DNA of 63,989 bases, the filler included, from Stramenopiles sp. TOSAG23-6 (lineage: Eukaryota), in NCBI GenBank assembly GCA_900128565.1. It is 5 parts of 5 records of this genome, joined end to end, with 100 filler letters (N's around TTAATTAATTAA, not from the genome) between each part and the next. Parts side by side here need not be neighbours in the genome. Positions count along the whole stretch, not along the records: positions 12,887 to 25,671 come from LT636189.1; positions 25,772 to 38,532 come from LT636190.1; 3 more parts are not named here. One strand, 5' to 3'. Below the pieces are notes generated by a model. The model did not search any database. It was not told the DNA's origin and saw nothing but the letters and a program-made list of their open reading frames with translations. The position numbers were made by a program, and so were the translations under genes. Shown here in pieces: positions 24,023 to 35,336 of the stretch (positions within the stretch are counted from its first letter, which is position 1; each line of letters starts with the position of its first letter).

Positions 24023-24213
24023 TGTAGGCAAACCTTGTCGTGTGGCTTGTAGATAATATATATACACGGGTACTGTTTATACAGAAATTGCTGAAATAGT
24101 AACTAGATAAGGTAGTGTATGTTGGAAACTCGATAAGAAGAGTCAGTTTATGATGACATGAACGGCTTGGCTCTGGTACCGGGTAACGACCGAAACCGGT
24201 AAATTTAGGCCAG

Positions 24214-25671
24214 TGTAGTGGAGGTCAGCAGATTTGTGACAAACGCGTGACGTGTGATCAGATTTTCTGAGCGGTTCTCGGCGTTCTCAACGCCGATTAA
24301 CGCCTATACCTTATATAATCATAATAAAACTTGTTTAAAATTCAAAGTAAAGTTCTTATTCCGGTTTAATCCCGGTAATTACTACAATAATATTATTAGT
24401 GAACTAGTATAGCATGTCTGATCAACATGCATGATATAGGAACTATTAGGAGGCTGCGCAGCGGTGTAGCCAAAGCGGCGAAACCCGAGGACGCTCGGAA
24501 AGGTGAGCAAAAAAGATGCTCATTAAACGACCCCGAAAATGAGGTCAGCGATGGAAAAGACTTACGACCCTCAAAATTGGGCGGTAAGCAGGAAATAATA
24601 ACGGGACCCGTGAAAAGTTATGCGGGACTCAAGGAAATGTGTTATAATGACTCTAGCAAGGACGAAGTGGTCCAAAAGTTTAGCCTAGACTCAGATGGAA
24701 GGAGTGACTCGGAGAACTCCGAGAATGCGAGTGTTGAGGATGAATCGATAAGTTATGGTTCAGACTCTGGTGAGGATGAATCGATAAGTTATGGTTCAGA
24801 CTCTGGTGAAGATGCGGTAGTAAAATCCTCAATGGGATTGCGAAGACATTCGTTACATGTAGATAACGGTTTCCAAAGAAGATTTAAACTGGAGGGCGTC
24901 ATAAATGGAAATGAGAACTCCGAAGATGAGAACGCGGAAGATTTGGCGGAAGAAACTCAACCCCTAGACTCATCAAGTGACTATGGGGCAGCGAGAATGA
25001 TAAAGTCCTCGATGGGACTGCGACGACACTCGTTACATGGAAGTAATGGTGTTCAGAAAAGATTTACACTGGAATATTGCGAGGATAACCGTTCATTTGT
25101 ACGAATAATGAGCGGTGGTACTATGGGGCAGGGTATGCTCTTTATGGTGCAGCTGTTGTATTGGACTCGGTGTAGATGTGGAACAGTTATGGGGCAGCAC
25201 CTGTGAGGGCAACAACCAGTGGGTTATCCACTAAGTGTTTTAGCGCCGCGAGTGGGCGCTATATAAATACATTTCATTGCGAAATTCTATTCAAAACTTT
25301 CGAGGATGAAAGTGCAACGGGGGATTTAGCGCCGCAGGTGGGCGCTATACAAATACATTCTATCATGAGATTCTATTGCGAGCTTTCGAGGATGAAAGTG
25401 CAAAGGGGGATTAGACAATGCGGTGGAACCTCCTTCAACAATGTACAACACATATGCGGTTTGTTTAAGAAAATATTTCGAAGGGTTTGAAACTTTCGTT
25501 AGGTACAAAATTTCGTATGAAAAAATGGTTTTCTCGGAAAATATACTTGACTTAAGTTTTATTATTTCTTTTATTTCATAATATAACTATACAATGGGTA
25601 AGTGAATTATGAGGGGCAGTGTAGTGGAGGTCAGCAGATTTGTGACAAACGCGTGACGTGTGATCAGATTT
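24214..25671 (+). mobile_element. Small non-autonomous LTR-like element: left LTR 24214-24386 (TGTAGT...ACTACA); right LTR from 25620, truncated by the scaffold end
   Basis: 55-bp identical direct repeat at 24211-24265 and 25617-25671; TG...CA ends with a 6-bp terminal inverted repeat; purine-rich GAGGGGCAG just before the right copy. No RT or integrase seen. Confidence 0.55.
24427..25206 (+). CDS. Acidic, internally repetitive ORF inside the LTR-like element
   Basis: 259-aa ORF with duplicated EDESISYGSDSG and KSSMGLRRHSLH; GC-richer than its neighbours. Confidence 0.35.
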   Translation: MHDIGTIRRLRSGVAKAAKPEDARKGEQKRCSLNDPENEVSDGKDLRPSKLGGKQEIITGPVKSYAGLKEMCYNDSSKDEVVQKFSLDSDGRSDSENSENASVEDESISYGSDSGEDESISYGSDSGEDAVVKSSMGLRRHSLHVDNGFQRRFKLEGVINGNENSEDENAEDLAEETQPLDSSSDYGAARMIKSSMGLRRHSLHGSNGVQKRFTLEYCEDNRSFVRIMSGGTMGQGMLFMVQLLYWTRCRCGTVMGQHL

Positions 25672-25771
25672 NNNNNNNNNNNNNNNNNNNNNNNNNNNNN
25701 NNNNNNNNNNNNNNNTTAATTAATTAANNNNNNNNNNNNNNNNNNNNNNNNNNNNNNNNNNNNNNNNNNNN
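25672..25771. other. Artificial scaffold linker
   Basis: N44-TTAATTAATTAA-N44. Confidence 0.95.
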
Positions 25772-25865
25772 GAAAAATATTTCAAAAAAAAAAAACTAAA
25801 ATTTGTTAGGTACAAAATTTCGTACGAAAAAAATAAATTTGAAATTGAAAAAAAATAAAACATAC

Positions 25866-27833
25866 ATGACATCTAAAGTATCTTCAAGGATATCGAAAGT
25901 TTCATCGAAATTTTCACCAAATTTTAAGGCAGATGTTCGAAGCACCTTTAGGAGCATTGACGGCGAAGAAACTCCAGCCATTACAGCTGCCTCTTCACGA
26001 TTCAATATTGTAAAAATATATGTTTTTTTTGGTTTTGGTGTAAAAACAATTGTTAGTTACTAACATTTTGTCCAAAAAAAAAAAAAATTCGAAATTTGAA
26101 ATAAAAAAATCTTTTTTGTGTTTTGTGTAGGAAAAAAAATTTCAGAAGAAAACAAAATGATAAAAACGTACAAGAGCCTCTGTCGCACCTCCAGCACAAC
26201 TGATATTACCGGACCTCATTCCACCTGCTGCACCAGCTAACCCTTTCAACCATTGATTTAATCTATTTACTAAAACAACACAATTTTGACACTCTGCCTT
26301 TGTGACATTTTTTTTTGTTACATCGTCTCGTCGCAGCAATCGAAGATATCGAGCAGCAGCGTACATATATTGTGAAAAAATATTTTTTTTTTTTGAAATT
26401 TTTTTGTTTTTTTTGTTTTTTTGTTTTTTTGTTAGGTACAAAAAATTTTTTACAAAAAAAAAAAAATAAATTTGAAATTGGAAAAAAATAAAATACCAAT
26501 GAAGCTCTCTATAAGACGGAAACCTAAAAATTTGAGGAAGTTTTGTTCTATCTTCTAAATCTGAAATTGCTAATTGTTTGGGGAGTGCAAAAGCATGAAT
26601 ATAGTTACCTCCAAATACTAAAGAATCGGCTGGTGTAAATGTAGTTTGAAGAAATATTTTTTTTTGATTTGTTTTGGTTAGGTACAAAATTTCGTATGAA
26701 AAAAAAATTTTTTTGATTTGTTTTGGTTAGGTACAAAATTTCGTATGAAAAAAAAAATTGAAAAAAAAAATTGAAAAAAAAATCATGAAAACGTACATAC
26801 TGCATGAATCCAACCCGAAGGTAGAAATAATGTATTACCAACAGAGACATTTACTCGAAAACAATCATCACATAAATCTGCAAAAAATATCTCAGATTGT
26901 TTTTCATTTTGAACCCATTCTTCATACTTTTTGAGATTACTTTTTGTTGGTGGAATCATCAAAAATATTTTCTTTCCTCGAATGATACTGTGTTTGTACA
27001 ACAATATTTCAAAATTTTATTTTTTTTGTTAGCCTTATTTCCAAAAAAAAAACTTAAATTTGTTAGGTACGAAATTTCGTACAAAAAAAAATGAAATTGA
27101 AAAAAACGTACTGATACCACACACTAGAGCCTCCAAAGTCAATATGAAAATCAGTATAACTACCTGCAACTGACATTAAACAATATTTTTGTACTCTGGG
27201 AAAGTCACCTGAATGTATACGAGATTTTGGCCACGATGTGTACAAAAAACTAATATCACGAACGACACTTGGAGGTTCAATCAGTTGGCCCAGGGGAGAA
27301 TTTGATACTTCTAGAGATATAACATTAAGAATTCGATCACGTTTTTTTGAAGGGCAAAAGTCTCCATAATAAGAAGCCCAATCACCCAAAGTCCATCCTG
27401 TCAACTGTCTTTGACTTGCCACTTCAATGACCTCTACAGAGACAGCTCTACCCACTGCCTTTTCTACATCCTTCACAGAAAAAGGTTTATTTGGAACTCG
27501 AAGACCCAGTCCTTGTTTGCGTTTTACAATGAAAGGTTCAGCAAATGCATTTGTTGAAGAAATCCATTGTTTTGTGAGAGTGGATCCGTCATGAAGCTGA
27601 CGAACTGAATGTTTTGAAAAAGAACTTTCATTTAACAATATTTTACGAAATTTTTCAGAGTCAAAAATGGGAATACCACCATCAAGGTCTGTATAATTCA
27701 TTTTACCTTTGCTTTTAAGCCTTGCACTTCGTACAGGCCGATGGGTGTCAATAGTGGGTAACACACTAGACACAGATGTCGGTGGAGTATCTTGTGGGGG
27801 TGGCTTCGATTTCATCCATTCAGGCATAGACAT
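25866..27833 (-). CDS. JmjC histone demethylase, KDM2/KDM7/JHD1-like, 3' truncated; introns 26988-27111 (GT-AG), 26639-26796 (GT-AT), 26365-26496 (GT-AT), 26003-26171 (GT-TG) and one running from 25865 to the scaffold edge
   Basis: LNVISLEVS, PRVQKYCLMSVAGSYTDFHIDFGGSSVWY|HIIRGKKIF, LPSGWIHAV|FTPADSLVFGGNYIH and FRFPSYRELH|WYAA are all restored on intron removal. Confidence 0.9.
26365..26496 (-). other. GT-AT intron that fixes the splice register
   Basis: No AG anywhere in the intron; GT...AT removal gives the conserved HWYAA. Confidence 0.85.
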
Positions 27834-28085
27834 TATAACACTACTAATAATATTAACTTTATGACTTCTCAAAAATTATTTTTCTAGTACGTACCCTAGC
27901 CTACGTATTTTACCACGACTACAAACAAACTTTTTTCGCAAAATTGACTCATGACTCATGATGAGGCTAACCCTAACCCTAGTCTAGTCTAGCCGGAGGA
28001 TTTCAAGATTCAATTTTCAAAAGGCCTTTTCGCGTTTCCGATTAAATTTTTCTCTTACCTTTTTCGTTCTCATGTTCAACTAGTA

Positions 28086-30535
28086 ATGCGACGCTTTCAA
28101 GTTATAATAGTACTGCTTTCAGTTGCAACTATTAGCACAATAAATGCATTGAATGAAACAGCTTCGCCTATTTTGACTTCAAGAGAAGAAAAAAAACACT
28201 GGGAAGCTATCGCTGACAACTTATTTTTGGAAAGTCTACCTTCGGATTCTTTACATGAAGAGTTGCAGCGTGCAGCAACTACGTCATCTTTTGCTCTTCG
28301 AATCTTTGTCGATCGGATTTTATCCCAACGGCCTTTGTTGAAAGTGTCAGATCTTGCACATAATTTGCAGACAGCAACCACCGGCTGTGCTGGTCCATCA
28401 AACGAAGAAATAAAGACACATTCCCGATATTTGTGGGAAAGTGGTGATTTGAGTGAATTGAATATGGAAATTTTATATACACAAGCCAGAGAGTGGCCAT
28501 TTTGCGCAGCGCTACAAAATGATATTGCGGCGTTTGAACTTCGTTCTCAAAATTTCAAAGAAGCAGCCAAACGTTTATTACTTGCACTTCGGCTCTTACC
28601 GGATGGAACAAAAGGTAAAACTTACATTAAAAATATGTATCTTCTAATAGATAACCTTGAAGTCACTGTGAAGCAAAACCCAGCTCTTTGTAACAAATTG
28701 GTTGGCGATGGTATATATATCTTTAAAGCTTTCTCACATTTTTTTTTGAGCCGTCGTGAATTTTCAAAAGTTGTGTCAATACAAAAGAGAATTGATTCTT
28801 TTTATTGTACGTTCAAATTCGAATTAGTTTTTCTTCGCGGAAAAATCAATTTGAAATTATATCCAAAGAGCTTTTTTCATAAATTTTGAATATGACATAT
28901 TTTTTCACAATACATGTATAGGTGTTGACGGTCAAAAACGATCTTCGGGGACGTGCGCTAGTCCAAATGGGCAGAGACATTCAACTAATTTTTCTGATTC
29001 AGTTTCAACATTTCGACAAAAAAATATTTTGGATCAAAAATATATAAAAACGAATTTGACAACATTGACTGAAGAAAATAATAAACAACAAAATGATAGT
29101 TGTAAGACACAAGATAAAGAAATATGCAGAAATGTATGGAAAGAAAGTGATATCATGAAACTTCGAAGTCGAAGTCTGAAATGCCCAGTCATTAATTTCT
29201 CTGAAATTAATTCAATGGAATTTTATCACAAATACGTAGAAGGAAAAGATGGTTTTGGAACTCCTGTTGTTCTTCGAGGTGCAATAAACCATTGGCCTCT
29301 ATTTCATCTGGCATTGGATTCGAAAAGAGTAGAAAAAAATGAAAAAAATGAAGAAAAAATTGAAAACAATAAAATAAAAAATAAAAAAAATGAAAAAAAT
29401 GAAAAAAATAAAGAAGAAAGAAAACGTGTCGCTGCAAAACGTCTGTTACATTGGATGAGGGATAATTGGGGTGCGTCGTGGGTCAAAGTTAGTGTTGCTC
29501 CTGGAGGTAAGTTTGATTCTGTAGAACCATGGAATATGTACGTTTTCATCATCAATTTCAAATTTATTTTTGGTACGAAATTTTGTACCTAAACATTTTT
29601 TTTTTTTTTGACATTTATGGTCATTTATGGTTTCATCATTCATTTCAATTTTTCAATTTTTTTTTTTTCATACAAAGTTTTGTACCTGATGATTTTTTTT
29701 TTGTTTTTCATAATACATGTGGCAGAGAAAAGATGGTTCAAAGTGGACGAGTGAAAACAAAAAAGGAAGCTCTGGTGTTCTTGCTCTCCCTGCACAAACA
29801 TGCTCTTCTTATGAAACATTTGTAGAATTACTCATCAAAAGGGAGCATAAAAATAATATATCACATCATCAAAGTCCTATTTCATCTGAAAAAAAACAAG
29901 AAAACAAAAAAAACAAAAAAAACAAAAAAAACAAAAAAAACAAAAATTTAAATTTTCATTCATTTTATGATAAAAATCCAAGTTTTTATTTACAATATTT
30001 TGACACGTTGAGATTAGGAGGAGAAACATGTATCTTTTATTTTTTTTTTTTTGTATGAATTTTTTTTTCATAAAAATTTTGTACCTAACAAAAAACATTT
30101 TGAAATATTTTTCCAAAATACATTTCTCTCGGAATTAGCCCCTGAACTTAAAATTATTCGAAATTTAGGATCTACACCAGGATTGGTGTTAGATGCAACA
30201 AATATTTGGCTTGGTGAAGGGTGTACAGATGGCAAAATACATGTACATTTTAATCATTTATTTTTTTTTCATACAAAATTTTGTACTTGGCCATTTTTGT
30301 AACAACAAAATCAATTTTTTTTTAAGAATTTTTTCACATTACATTTTGATCCACACGAAAACATTTTAGGTCAAGTAGTCGGTCGAAAACTTGCTGTTTT
30401 GTATCACCCAGGAGCATCAGCTCAATTATATCATACAAGAAGTACAGGAGATGAAAAATATATACGTTTTCAAAATTATTTGTATTTTTTTTTTTTTTTT
30501 GGTATGAAATTTTTTACCTAACATTTTTTAAAACC

Positions 30536-30566
<31 letters not shown>

Positions 30567-31081
30567 ATAATTTTTCACAATATATTTATTTCAGGCTTGG
30601 TTAAACTATGAATATCCAAATACTTTTACAAGAATAGATGATTTTAAAAAGCTTCCTGTCACTAGTCATTTCTCCCCAGTTAACATTTTGAACCCTGATT
30701 ATGAAGCTCATCCTGATTATCGTGATGCTACTGCCATTTTGTGTGATATACAACCAGGGGATGCATGTATGTTTTTTTTTTTTTTTTTACAAAAAAATCG
30801 AATTTTTTTTTTTTTTATAATTTTTTTTTGAAATATTTTTCCAAAATACTTTATTCATCCCGTCGTTTTGGTGGCATGAAGTTTTTTCATGGCCACAATC
30901 TATTCAAGTGAACTTAGAAGATGAATCTAAAATCCATAATATACTAAACAAAAGTGAGATTCAAAAGAACGATTGTCCGATAGGTCATATAAAAAACAAT
31001 CCGAATGAAGCTGACGATGCAGGTTACAATTTTGCTGTGAATTTTTGGTATAAACCGTCTAAATCTTCAGTCTCATGTACG

Positions 31082-31119
<38 letters not shown>

Positions 31120-31140
31120 TAATTTTTTACCTAAAAAATT

Positions 31141-31177
<37 letters not shown>

Positions 31178-31319
31178 CGTAATTTTGTACCTAACAAATT
31201 TCAATTTTTTTTTTGATTTTTTTTTTGATTTTTTTCACAATACATGTAATCATGACAATCCACTCGATAATAGACAATGTGAAATATCAGGAACACCATT
31301 ATTTCCTACGATGAGGTAA
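28086..31319 (+). CDS. Signal-peptide, TPR-like plus JmjC (cupin_8-type) 2-oxoglutarate oxygenase; introns 28807-28915, 29538-29718, 30030-30123, 30243-30344, 30462-30585, 30767-30851, 31077-31245
   Basis: The spliced frame restores PVVLRGAINHWP, NIWLG...KIH|FDPHENILGQVVGRK, FSPVN..NPDYEAHP, IQPGDA|LFIPSFWWHEV and AVNFWY. Confidence 0.85.
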
Positions 31320-31639
31320 ATATATATATATAATAAACAAATCATAGTTAAATATATATGTAATAAACAAATAATAGAATTCAAAAAAAATAACAATGAA
31401 ACAAAAATGTTACAACAATGTCATTTAAAAGAATTTTGTATAATCAGTTTTCAAATATTGATTTATTCTTATCATTAATTTTTCACCTAAATTTGCTTTG
31501 TACCAAATTTCATACCAAATTTTGTATGTAACGAAAATAAATATCAAATTCAGAATTTCTTTTTGAAATATTGTTTCATTATTCAAGTATACTACCAACA
31601 ACACAATGATATCTCTACTCTTTCATAATTTATGACTAC

Positions 31640-33695
31640 TCAACTTGTGAATCCTGTTTGCATCGAATATGTATTTTGGAAAAATATTTCAAAAAAAAAA
31701 TCGTTAGGTACAAAATTACGTACGAAAATATTTTCGAATTTGAAAAAAAATAAAACATACATTTAAATTCTCCATTTCCTGGGGGTAAAGTCGCTAATTT
31801 TATATCTCCAATAATAGTTTGATTTGCAATACTTTTAGCCGAATCAGGAAGACCATGTATTTTGGAAAAATATTTCAAAAAAAACCCCTCAAATTTGTTA
31901 GGTACAAAATTTCGTATGAAAAAAAAATTCAATTTCAAATTGAAAAAAAATAAATAAAACATACATCCCATAAAACATCGAGGTAGTGTAACATTTCAGT
32001 AAAACCACGTGGCATTACATTTATTTGAGTAGATGCCATTGTATACAAGGAATGAAGCAGTAAACGAGACCCTAACGCAACCTTAATCGCTGCGTCATTC
32101 AAGTATTTTAAAAAATATTTGAAAAAAAAAAAAAAAAATTGTTAGGTACGAAATTTCGTACGAAAAAAAAAACTTCGAATTTGAAAAAAAATAAAACATA
32201 CAAAGCAACTGTTGAGGAATTTTTCCGGATTCCCATCTCTCGAATTTTTTGTTGCTGAGATAGAATAAGTCTCAACTCGTCATACTGAGCCCGAGCTTTA
32301 CTTAGTTCTTCCTGTGCATCTTTTGTCGTAGTCTCATTTTGCTGCTGTGAATGGCTCGCAAAACTTGTGTTGTTACCGGGAGTATTAGGGTTAGGGTTAC
32401 TTTTTGGCTCAACCGCGACATTCATTTTAATACCAGTCGTGCTTTTCTGTGGTAAAGTTTCAATACTAGTACCATCCTGAGATGCTGCATGATTCATTTG
32501 TGTTGGAGAGTAATTATGTAGTGTCCTTTATGATGAAACAAAATGTCAAAAAAAAAAAATTGTTAGGTACAGATCTTTTTTTGGGAAAAATAATTCGTTC
32601 TTACATTGATAAATAAATTAATAAATTCATGATGGAAATGTACATGGCTGGTTGTTGTGAGGGTGCTTGCGACATCTGTGACATCTGGAGAAACCCTGTT
32701 GGTGACATTGATACACTTGCTGAAGGAGATGAATTTTGTCGTTGCTGCTGCATCTGTGTTTGTTGTGCCATTACAGGTGACATCTGTGTTTGTTGTGCCA
32801 TTACAGGGGACATCATTTTATTCATTAGATCAACTTGAGCACTGTTCATCGGGTTCATCAACCCACCACCACCATTAACTCTATTCATCAATTGAGCAAT
32901 ATTCTGCATTTTGTGTTGCTGTTGCTGCATCTGTTGATAATATGTTCCAGCTGTAGGATTATTTCGCATTGCTTGGCGTTGGAAAATATTTTGGTCTCCA
33001 TTGGAAAGCTGAACGAGGTGATTTTGCGGTGGTAAAGTAGCATTTACAGTGACTGTTGAAGCTGATCTTGTTGGTGTTGGGGTTGGAGATGGACCCCTCC
33101 GAATTCTCTTACGTCTTGTGGTTGGGCGCCGTCCGCTATTGAATCGTCCGTCTTTGTGTGGTACACATTCTGTGCCCGCTGCGATACAAGATTTACATTG
33201 GGTAGCGCCTTCTTCGAATATGCATTTTTGATGACGTTTATGGCAGCGCTCACATGTTCTGGTACTACCTTTTCTCTTCTTTTTTGTACTCATGTTTCCC
33301 TGTTTTCCCGTGGTAATATTATTTACGATGATGTTTCCGCTTTGGTTGCTCGCGCAAGTACTCGCGCAGGCATTTACGCGGGTGCACGTCTTCTTTTCCG
33401 CGCTGTTGTTCGCGCTGCTTTCCTGTAATTTCTGTATTTCGGATTCCGTTACTTTGAGCGAATTCACTAATACGTGTTTTATATCATCGCCGTTGACTAC
33501 GGCACTCACGTTTAGAGCCGGGATAGGATTGCTGGTGGCGACGACAGGGAGAGGAGTAATAGTCGTATTAGGGGAATCTGAATCCACTTTTACATGTACC
33601 ACGGGGATTAAATTATTCCGCGGGGTGTTTGCAGATGCCTCGTTTTCTTTCATAGGACTTATAATATCATTTTCATCATGTACAATAACTTCCAT
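31640..33695 (-). CDS. Zn(II)2Cys6 binuclear-cluster transcription factor-like protein with a Q-rich region; introns 32526-32643, 32101-32201, 31855-31964, 31669-31760
   Basis: CERCHKRHQKCIFEEGATQCKSCIAAGTEC = C-x2-C-x6-C-x8-C-x2-C-x6-C, preceded by basic KKKRK; the frame is continuous after intron removal. Confidence 0.75.
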
Positions 33696-34007
33696 GATTT
33701 CAAGATGTGATTTCAAAATGATCTAGATAGATCAGTAATGCTGTATTAATTGTGCGTCTATCTTGCTTGCTCAAGGAGTCGCTCAAGGAGGAGAAAAAAA
33801 GTAAAGCACCGAAATATCCGATTGCTATTAGGTACAAACTTTTGTACGAAATATTGTGAGTCAGCATAAACCAGTAAAAATATAAGACTTGGTGAGAGAC
33901 ACGAAAACCAAGGAAAACAAACGCAAAACAAACGACGACACAAAAAAATATTTTTTACAGCTTTTTTACACTCTCTTTCTTTTTTTTTACTTATCAGTCC
34001 TTGTACA

Positions 34008-35248
34008 ATGAGATGTTTGAAGCATCTTACAATATTGTTATCATTTTTAGCGTGTCTCTCGACATTTGCAAAGCTATCAAAAGTAGTGACTGATGTGATG
34101 TGTCTAAACAATGTATATAAAACCTGTAATATTCGAGTCGCTGTAATATATGGTCTTGCAAAAGGGCAAAACGAAGATGCATTTGAGCAAGGTTTTCTTG
34201 CGGCAATGAGTGAGGTCTCCACTAGATATTCTTCAACTTGGATTAATCTGTTTAAATACGAAGGGAAGCAAATAGCAGACGTACTTGAAGTATTAACAGG
34301 TTTTGATTTATTACTTGTCAAAAGTAATTGGTACTGGAGTGTAGACACTTTTGTGAGGCAATATCTCAGAGGGGTAATGTGGGATACAATTCCCAAGATA
34401 CTTTTGATTTCAGGAAGTGCTTCCCCACCGCCTGGGTCTGAGATTTTATTTTATAATGTGTTACTCTATGAAACGGAATGGTATAAACCCGAAATAGAAA
34501 GACATCCTAGAATAGTGCATGCATTTGGAATCGATACAAGAAAAATGAAACCCCTACCTGTATGTTTAATTTTTTTCAAATTCTATTTTTTTTTCGTACG
34601 AAATTTTGTACCTAACAAATTTTTTAGATTTTTTTTTGAAATATTTTTCCAAAATACCTGAATTTATGGCCAAACACGGTAATATAAAAAAGTGGGACTA
34701 TTTATCTGCTGGAATGCTTGTAGGGTATAAAAGATGGCACAAACTTGCTCATGAACGTAAAGGTCGACGACTTCTCGTAGGTCGTGCTGATCAGCCTGAA
34801 AGTGAAGCGATTGTAAAAGAGTTAGAAGATGCGGGTATATGTTTTATTTTTGTTTCAATTTCGAATTTATTTTTCGTACCAAATTTTGTACCTAACGAAT
34901 TTTTTTTTTTTTTTCGGTAAAAAAAAAAATATATTTTTCACAATACTTGTTGTAGTTCTTCCAGAAGTTTCGTACGAAAAATTATGCGAGTTGATTAATC
35001 TATCACATCATGTATATGTACCCGCAGCCCTACATGGTGGGGGAGAAAGATTAGTTCTTGAAGCACGTGCAGTTGGGACTGATGTTATTGTCGAGAGTGA
35101 TAACCCAAAGTTGATTGGAATGGCAAACGGACCTATATACTCACATGATTATTATGCTGTACAAATATTAAGAGGTATAAAAATGTCCCTTGGTGTAAAT
35201 ATAAGCCCTATAACAGATACAAATGATAAGAATACCAAAGAGTTATAA
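34008..35248 (+). CDS. GT-B (GT4-like) glycosyltransferase with an N-terminal signal/anchor; introns 34560-34659 (GT-CT) and 34837-34948 (AT-TT)
   Basis: GYKRW..L and YVPAALHGGGERLVLEARAVG motifs; three ORFs fuse in frame (KPLP|EFMAKH; EDAG|VVVLPEV). Confidence 0.7.
34560..34659 (+). other. Type example of the non-AG intron family (GT...CT)
   Basis: GTATGTTT...TTCGTACGAAATTTTGTACCTAAC...TTGAAATATTTTTCCAAAATAC-CT; removal restores the glycosyltransferase frame. Confidence 0.8.
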
Positions 35249-35336
35249 AGATATGTAAATTTTAGCATTCAATATACAAACTCTAACCTGAGTCTATTAA
35301 ACAATGTCTCAACCAAAGGTATATAGAAGTTTGGTC

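Noticed and set aside
15357-24067. Alternative genetic code or stop-codon readthrough as the cause of broken ORFs
   Set aside because: Long intron-free genes translate cleanly with the standard code and end at normal stops; the breaks coincide with the intron family.
28086-31319. Fragmented ORFs as pseudogenes broken by insertions, or as DNA-excised IES-like elements
   Set aside because: One boundary rule restores the frames and catalytic motifs, and all genic copies are sense-oriented with donor and branch signals, which points to RNA splicing.
33758-34396. 212-aa antisense ORF and similar shadow ORFs (12001-12366, 16360-16839, 8486-8986)
   Set aside because: They overlap better-supported genes on the opposite strand and have no motifs.
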